Positions 58,273 to 64,000 of a stretch of DNA of 64,000 nucleotides are shown here, one piece after another. Numbering within the stretch: position 1 is the stretch's first letter; every line of letters starts with the position of its first letter. The position numbers and the translations under genes were made by a program. Source of the DNA: an uncultured SAR86 cluster bacterium (GTDB lineage Bacteria; Pseudomonadota; Gammaproteobacteria; Magnimaribacterales; TMED112); contig CACHFV010000001.1 of the NCBI GenBank assembly GCA_902579195.1, positions 175,644 through 239,643 on the forward strand, written 5' to 3'. The notes beneath the pieces were generated by a model, which worked only from the letters and a program-made list of their open reading frames with translations, was not told the DNA's origin and made no database searches.

Positions 58273-59216
58273 GGATAGCAATAGTAACAGACAAAAAAGC
58301 TGGCCACTTAAGTCAGTGCTTAGGTCTTCGGGATATAATTCAGAATTATAATCAAAAAAAAGATGTCTTTATCCTTGGCAAGGATCTATTTTTTTTGCCA
58401 GGTTTCATTGAAAGAGCAGTCACTCTGATTTCAGAGAAACTTTATTTATTTATCATGAGATTAATGAATCCAAGTGTCGTGGATTTTAAATATGATTTTG
58501 TTTTATGTTCGGGCTCAAGAACTGTAATTCCAGCATATCTATTAGCAAAATCATCAGGTGCTAAAGTAATTTATATAGGCACACCAAAATTTAGATTAAT
58601 GAAAAAATTTGATGGCATTGTTTCTACAAAAAAAGACATTAGCAATGTATATAAAGTTATATCTACGGAGCTTCCGCCGACAAAGTTTGCTCCATATGAT
58701 GGTAAACAAGCAGCTATAAAGCAAAGTTTAATTCTTATAGGTGGTGATGGAAGTGGATACGATTATGGGGAAAGCGATTGGTACAGGTTAGCTTTTGAAT
58801 TCAAAAATATTAATACCACATTTGTTAACTCTAGACGCACTCCAAAATTTGCTTGGGATAATCTTAAAGAAAATTCTGGACTAAATCAGACATTTCTTGA
58901 TTTAGAAGATACACCTTTTGAAAAACTGCAAAATGCGATTGATACACACAGCCACATCTTTGTTACCGCAGATAGCACCAGTATGATTGTTGAGATACTA
59001 ACGAGAGGGTATTTTGTTAATGTCATTGAACTGCGTGGCCCAATCAAAAGAGAGCATCATCACGAAATTATCTCTTCATTCGAAGATAAAGGTCTGTTGC
59101 GAATTCTTAGGCTCAATCAACTTCATTTATCAGAAGATAAATACCAAGAAAAAGTAAAAGATTTTGTTGTAGCTGAACGAGATGCCCTTAAATCTAAGGT
59201 ATTAGATTTATTATGA
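58269..59216 (+). CDS. ELM1/GtrOC1-like putative glycosyltransferase-fold protein
   Basis: DKKAGHLSQCLGL, LIGGDG, NSRRTP, VTADSTSMIVE motifs typical of this family. Confidence 0.75.
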   Translation: MRIAIVTDKKAGHLSQCLGLRDIIQNYNQKKDVFILGKDLFFLPGFIERAVTLISEKLYLFIMRLMNPSVVDFKYDFVLCSGSRTVIPAYLLAKSSGAKVIYIGTPKFRLMKKFDGIVSTKKDISNVYKVISTELPPTKFAPYDGKQAAIKQSLILIGGDGSGYDYGESDWYRLAFEFKNINTTFVNSRRTPKFAWDNLKENSGLNQTFLDLEDTPFEKLQNAIDTHSHIFVTADSTSMIVEILTRGYFVNVIELRGPIKREHHHEIISSFEDKGLLRILRLNQLHLSEDKYQEKVKDFVVAERDALKSKVLDLL

Positions 59217-60616
59217 GATCAATTTGTTGGTTTAGGAACGATTTGCGTGTCCTTGATAATCCTGCTTTGCATAATGCCTGCTTAAATAGTCAGGAAGTTA
59301 TAGGCGTATATTTAACAACATTCAAGCAATGGGAGATGCAGAATGATGCTCAAACAAAAATTAATTTCTGGTTTCGTAATTTGGAAAATCTTAAATCTGA
59401 GTTAGGGAAACTCAATATTCCACTTGTTGTGCTGGATGCTGAGACCCTCGCTAATTCTCCAAAAGTTTTATGGGATTTTATTCAAGAAAATAATGTTGAG
59501 TCACTTTATTTTAATAACGAATACCCTTTTTATGAATTGGAGCGGGATAGAAAGATATATCATGATTTCAGAGAAAATGGTGTTGGCGTTTTTAACTACC
59601 ACGATCAGGTCATTCACCAACCAGGCAGCTTAAAAACTACAACTGGTAACAATTTTTCTGTTTATAGCCCATTCAAGAAAAAATGGTTTGCTGAATTAGA
59701 TGATAAACAGCTTGAACTTCTGCCTGTTCCTGAGCCTAAGACTGAATTAATTATAACAAGTTCTGATCTTGGTGAATACTTGGCTGAAACTAAAGTCAGT
59801 CAAGCAAAATACTGGGAATCTGGTGAAGACTTTATCAAGAATCATATTAATGGATTCTTAAAGACTAAAGGCTCTGCATACAAAGAAGAAAGAAACTTTC
59901 CAAATATTAAAGCAACCTCAATGCTGTCGCCATATTTAAATTCTGGAGTTGTATCATCAAAATGGTGTCTTTTAAAAGCTCAGGAATTCAATAATGGTTT
60001 ATTAGATGATGGTGATAAAGGAATAGTGCACTGGGTTTCAGAAATTCTTTGGCGTGAATTTTACCGACACATTCTATATAACTTTCCAAAAGTATCGAGA
60101 GACCAGCCATTTATTAGTTACACAAAAAATATTCCTTGGCGAGAAAGTCAGGAAGATTTAGATAAGTGGAAAGAAGGTAAGACGGGTATACCAATTGTCG
60201 ATGCGGGCATGAGAGAAATGCTTGCAACAGGGTGGATGCACAACCGAACAAGAATGATAGTAGCTATGTTTTTGAGTAAGAACTTGTTGATCAATTGGCA
60301 AGAGGGCGAAAAGTACTTTATGGAGCATCTGGTTGATGGTGATTTAGCTTCCAACAATGGTGGCTGGCAATGGAGCGCATCCACCGGTACGGACGCAGCG
60401 CCTTATTTTCGTATTATGAACCCGGAAACGCAATCAATGCGGTTCGATCCTGAAGGTAAATACATTAAAAAATGGATTCCTGAATTAAAAGATTGCCCAA
60501 TCTCACAAATTCATATGCCAGAAAATCCCGAACAGTATGGTTATCCAAAAGCAATGGTTGATTTAAAAGAATCAAGAAAAAAAGCTATTGATGTTTTCTC
60601 AGAGATCAAAGGTTAA
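59213..60616 (+). CDS. phrB: Deoxyribodipyrimidine photolyase (class I CPD)
   Basis: WFRNDLRVLDNPAL, LSPYL, WREFY, GWMHNRTRM, NNGGWQWSASTGTDAAPYFRIMNP. Confidence 0.94.
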   Translation: MRSICWFRNDLRVLDNPALHNACLNSQEVIGVYLTTFKQWEMQNDAQTKINFWFRNLENLKSELGKLNIPLVVLDAETLANSPKVLWDFIQENNVESLYFNNEYPFYELERDRKIYHDFRENGVGVFNYHDQVIHQPGSLKTTTGNNFSVYSPFKKKWFAELDDKQLELLPVPEPKTELIITSSDLGEYLAETKVSQAKYWESGEDFIKNHINGFLKTKGSAYKEERNFPNIKATSMLSPYLNSGVVSSKWCLLKAQEFNNGLLDDGDKGIVHWVSEILWREFYRHILYNFPKVSRDQPFISYTKNIPWRESQEDLDKWKEGKTGIPIVDAGMREMLATGWMHNRTRMIVAMFLSKNLLINWQEGEKYFMEHLVDGDLASNNGGWQWSASTGTDAAPYFRIMNPETQSMRFDPEGKYIKKWIPELKDCPISQIHMPENPEQYGYPKAMVDLKESRKKAIDVFSEIKG

Positions 60617-60625
60617 AATAACAGT

Positions 60626-62044
60626 ATGGAAATTGGGACATTTTATATCAATGGTGAGTTTGTAGCTCCAAACGGTACTGAAAAAATTGCATTAATAAAT
60701 CCAGCAACTGAGGAAGAGATAGGTTTCGTTGTTGCTGGCAACGAAGAAGATGTTGATCTTGCAGTTGCGGCAGCCAATAATGCATTTTTACAAGCAAGCT
60801 CTCTTACTTTGGAACAAAGAAAAACAATTCTTATAGAAATCTTAGAGGGGATGGCTGCACGTAGAGATGATTTTGCCAAAGTCATATCTGAGGAAATGGG
60901 CGCGCCATTAAAGATGGCCGGTAGTGCTCAATATGGTGCAGGCACAATACATTTTAAAAACACCTTAGCAATAATTGATCAATTTAAATTCACAGAAGAG
61001 CATGGCAACATTACATTAAATCGATTGCCTATCGGTCCAGTGGGTATGATTACTCCCTGGAACTGGCCACTTAACCAAATATGTACAAAAATTGCATCGG
61101 CAATTGCTGCAGGGACAAGTTTTGTTGTTAAACCCAGTGAAATCACACCTGGTGCTGCTCATATTCTGGCTGAAGTCATACACGAAACAAGTATGCCAAA
61201 GGGCATGTTCAATATGATTCATGGCCATGGAGCAGTTGTAGGCAGAGCGATGAGCACTCATCCTGATCTTGAAATGATTTCATTCACAGGATCAACAAGA
61301 GCAGGCATTGATATACAAAAACATGCTGCTGATAACATAAAAAGAGTTTCTTTAGAGCTGGGTGGTAAATCGCCAAATTTAATTTTAGATGATGTTGATC
61401 TAGAAGCTGCTGTCACAATGGGCATGAAACAATGCTTTTTTAATACTGGTCAGTCATGCTCTTCACCAACAAGAATGCTTGTGCCTGAGCATATGTTGAA
61501 AGATGCCACAGAAATTGCTGTCAATGCTGCTGAAGCTATGTTAACTGGTGATCCAAATAGTGAAGAAACTTTCCTTGGTCCGATATCTAATAAAAATCAA
61601 TATGAAAAAGTTCAAATACTAATACAAGATGGTATCGATGAAGGCGCTGACTTAGCATGCGGCGGAGTTGGTAGGCCAGATGGTCTAGATAAAGGTTTTT
61701 TTGTCAGACCAACTGTATTTACCAACGTTCAAAATGATATGACCATTGCGCAAGAAGAGATTTTTGGACCTGTTATTTGCCTGATTCCCTACAATGATAT
61801 TGATGAGGCCATCGAGATTGCCAATGACACACAATATGGTCTTTCAAGCATGATTTCTTGCTCTGATCCACAACGAGGACAAGAGTTAGCAAAGAAAATA
61901 AGAGCAGGACAAGTAATTGTTAACAGAATTTCTCGAGGCGATTATCCAGCACCCTTTGGCGGTTTTAAAATGTCAGGCAATGGACGAGAGCACGGTCATT
62001 TTGGCATTGACGAATATCTAGAAGTTCAAGCAGTGATAACTTAA
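60626..62044 (+). CDS. Aldehyde dehydrogenase family protein
   Basis: ITPWNWP, FTGSTRAG, LELGGKSP, FNTGQSC, EEIFGPV, PFGGFKMSGNGRE. Confidence 0.93.
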   Translation: MEIGTFYINGEFVAPNGTEKIALINPATEEEIGFVVAGNEEDVDLAVAAANNAFLQASSLTLEQRKTILIEILEGMAARRDDFAKVISEEMGAPLKMAGSAQYGAGTIHFKNTLAIIDQFKFTEEHGNITLNRLPIGPVGMITPWNWPLNQICTKIASAIAAGTSFVVKPSEITPGAAHILAEVIHETSMPKGMFNMIHGHGAVVGRAMSTHPDLEMISFTGSTRAGIDIQKHAADNIKRVSLELGGKSPNLILDDVDLEAAVTMGMKQCFFNTGQSCSSPTRMLVPEHMLKDATEIAVNAAEAMLTGDPNSEETFLGPISNKNQYEKVQILIQDGIDEGADLACGGVGRPDGLDKGFFVRPTVFTNVQNDMTIAQEEIFGPVICLIPYNDIDEAIEIANDTQYGLSSMISCSDPQRGQELAKKIRAGQVIVNRISRGDYPAPFGGFKMSGNGREHGHFGIDEYLEVQAVIT

Positions 62045-62853
62045 TCAAGAAAATCTGGCTCTTCTTCCCATAAAACATCAAGCATTGGCTGCAAGCTAGC
62101 GAATGCAGATAAATCATTGGCAACGTAGTCTCTAGTAGAGCAGGCTGTTTCATGTGGTATCGCAATAGGCTCGCCCACAGCTTCTGCTAGTAATTGTGAT
62201 TTACAAGCTTCCTCCATGTTAAGGAAATACCAAACAGTAGTATCCACCATTGAACCAGTGGTCAAGATGCCATGATTTTGAAGAATAACAAAATCCTTAT
62301 CAGCTAATGCTTTCGCAATATTTATACCTTCATCAGGCCCATTAGCAACACCATCATAATCATTGAACATTGCTGTTCTCATATAAAAAGCACAGGAATC
62401 TTGTGAAATGGGTAATAACTCTTTACCAAGTGCTGAAAATGTTTTGCCATACATTGGATGAGCATGAGCAATTGATTTGATGTCTTCCCTAGATTTGTAA
62501 ATCTCAGAATGGATACAAAATGCTGCATCTCCAGTCCTCTCTTTACCAAAGACAAGTTCACCATCAAAATTCATAAGCACAAGATCGCTCACCTTCATCT
62601 GGCCAAAATGATATCCAAGTGGGTTTATCCAAAAATGGTCACTAAACTCAGGGTCACGAAAAGAGATGTGACCAACCAAACCTAGTTCGAAACCTTTGCG
62701 GGCAAATATTCGGTATGCAGCTGCTAGTTTTTCAAGCCCATGTCGTCTTTGTTCTTCAAATGATTTTGAGTTTATGTCTATACAACCAGATAGGCCACGT
62801 CCTTTGTAAGGAAGTTTGCCCTTATTGATATCAATTTTTTCTCCAACACCCAT
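62041..62853 (-). CDS. Class II aldolase/adducin family protein
   Basis: GHISFRDP, FCIHSEIY, AHAHP, ILQNHGILT (metal-binding His residues). Confidence 0.9.
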   Translation of the reverse strand: MGVGEKIDINKGKLPYKGRGLSGCIDINSKSFEEQRRHGLEKLAAAYRIFARKGFELGLVGHISFRDPEFSDHFWINPLGYHFGQMKVSDLVLMNFDGELVFGKERTGDAAFCIHSEIYKSREDIKSIAHAHPMYGKTFSALGKELLPISQDSCAFYMRTAMFNDYDGVANGPDEGINIAKALADKDFVILQNHGILTTGSMVDTTVWYFLNMEEACKSQLLAEAVGEPIAIPHETACSTRDYVANDLSAFASLQPMLDVLWEEEPDFLD

Positions 62854-62890
62854 AATAGACTTATAATATACCTGTTAAAAAAAAATTGAT

Positions 62891-64000
62891 ATGACAAAAA
62901 AACAATCTTTTCGAATCGAGCAGGATAGTCTAGGAGATGTTAAAGTCCCAAGAAAAGCACTTTGGGGTGCACAAACCCAGAGAGCTATTGAAAATTTTCC
63001 AATTAGTGGGATCAAGTTCAAATTTCCATTTGGCAGATCTTTTATTAAGGCATTAGGTGTCATCAAGTATTCAGCTGCCTCAGCAAACCAAGACCTTGGT
63101 TTAATGACAGCCAAGAAAGCTAATGCCATTAAAGCATCTGCAAAGATGGTAATGGTTGGGGATGTTGATGATCATTTTCCTTTGGATGTATTCCAGACAG
63201 GATCAGGGACCAGCACAAACATGAATGCAAATGAGGTTATTGCAAACTTAGCCACCCAAAAACTTGGCCAAGACGTCAACGCCAATGATGACGTCAATAT
63301 GAGCCAAAGCAGTAACGATACTATCCCAACAGCCATATGCATGAGCGCATTATTTGATATGGATGAGTTCTTATTTCCTGGCCTGGATCTTCTTATTGAA
63401 GAGGTTGAAAAGAAAGCTAAAAACCTACAAGGACAAATTAAAACAGGTAGAACTCATATGATGGATGCTATGCCTCTTGATTTTCACCAAGAACTCATGG
63501 GCTGGTCAGCTCAACTAAAAAGTTGCAAGACATCATTGACTACAGCAACCAAAAGAATGATGCAATTACCACAAGGTGGAACTGCGATTGGCACCGGGGT
63601 TAATTCACATAGAGGTTTTGCAAAAGCATTTTGTCAGACAATAGAGAAGGTTTCAGGCTTCAAAGTTAAACCAGCTCCAAACTTTTTTCAGGGATTAAGT
63701 TCACAAGACAACTCGGCAGAATTATCAAGCGCAGTAAAGAACCTTGCCTTAGTTGTAATGAAAATATCCAATGATCTAAGGTTAATGAACAGCGGACCGT
63801 TGACTGGTCTATCTGACATAGAGCTTCAGGCATTGCAGCCTGGGAGCAGCATTATGCCAGGGAAAGTAAATCCGGTAATTCCTGAGGCAGTATCAATGGC
63901 TTGTGCCGATGTTATTGGTAATGATGTATCTATTTCAGTTGCAGTGCAAAGTGGAAATTTTCAACTCAATGTCATGTTGCCACTCATTGCCTACAATCTT
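62891..64000 (+). CDS. fumC: Class II fumarate hydratase (runs off the window end)
   Basis: Manual translation: MTKKQSFRIEQDSLGDVKVP...WGAQTQRAIENF, FQTGSGTSTNMNANEV, SQSSNDTIPTA, KTGRTHMMDA, QPGSSIMPGKVNPVIPE. Confidence 0.93.
   Translation, partial: MTKKQSFRIEQDSLGDVKVPRKALWGAQTQRAIENFPISGIKFKFPFGRSFIKALGVIKYSAASANQDLGLMTAKKANAIKASAKMVMVGDVDDHFPLDVFQTGSGTSTNMNANEVIANLATQKLGQDVNANDDVNMSQSSNDTIPTAICMSALFDMDEFLFPGLDLLIEEVEKKAKNLQGQIKTGRTHMMDAMPLDFHQELMGWSAQLKSCKTSLTTATKRMMQLPQGGTAIGTGVNSHRGFAKAFCQTIEKVSGFKVKPAPNFFQGLSSQDNSAELSSAVKNLALVVMKISNDLRLMNSGPLTGLSDIELQALQPGSSIMPGKVNPVIPEAVSMACADVIGNDVSISVAVQSGNFQLNVMLPLIAYNL

Noticed and set aside
335-63129. Many 60-190 aa ORFs antisense or out of frame to long genes (e.g. 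3936-4514, 21545-22090, 54244-54723, 62875-63129)
   Set aside because: Shadow ORFs lying within well-supported genes, with no recognisable motifs.
1-64000. CRISPR array, IS elements, rRNA
   Set aside because: No regularly spaced repeats, transposase-like ORFs or rRNA-like sequence; the largest intergenic gap is under 200 bp.

Overview
AT-rich, very densely packed chromosomal segment of a streamlined Gammaproteobacterium. Gene content and compaction suggest a marine SAR86-like lineage, which is an inference. Core genes: dxs-ispA-xseB, an RND pump, a DnaT-like protein, DAHP synthase, scpAB-rluB, ubiG-gph-yciK, three-subunit pntAB, gyrA-serC-chorismate mutase-tyrA-aroA-cmk, rpsA, pyrF-pgi-uvrC, infC-rpmI-rplT-pheST-metK-ahcY, tRNA-Cys, tRNA-Leu, aceEF, photolyase and partial fumC. 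A Wzx/Wzy-Wza/Wzb/Wzc surface-polysaccharide system is split over three places (22.9-26.0, 38.9-51.6 and 55.5-59.2 kb). Main observations: (1) a HisC-like aminotransferase, a HAD phosphatase, two TupA-like ATP-grasp ligases and uronic-acid supply genes together suggest an amino-alcohol (serinol-type) amidated uronic-acid capsule. (2) A -10-like hexamer recurs 6-9 nt before the start codon of most unit-leading genes, suggesting widespread leaderless mRNAs. (3) Translation proteins are trimmed at the domain level: five-domain S1, PheS without its N-terminal arm, PheT without the B2 domain. No CRISPR array, integrase or transposase was seen. All calls come from motif and synteny recognition, with no database searches.
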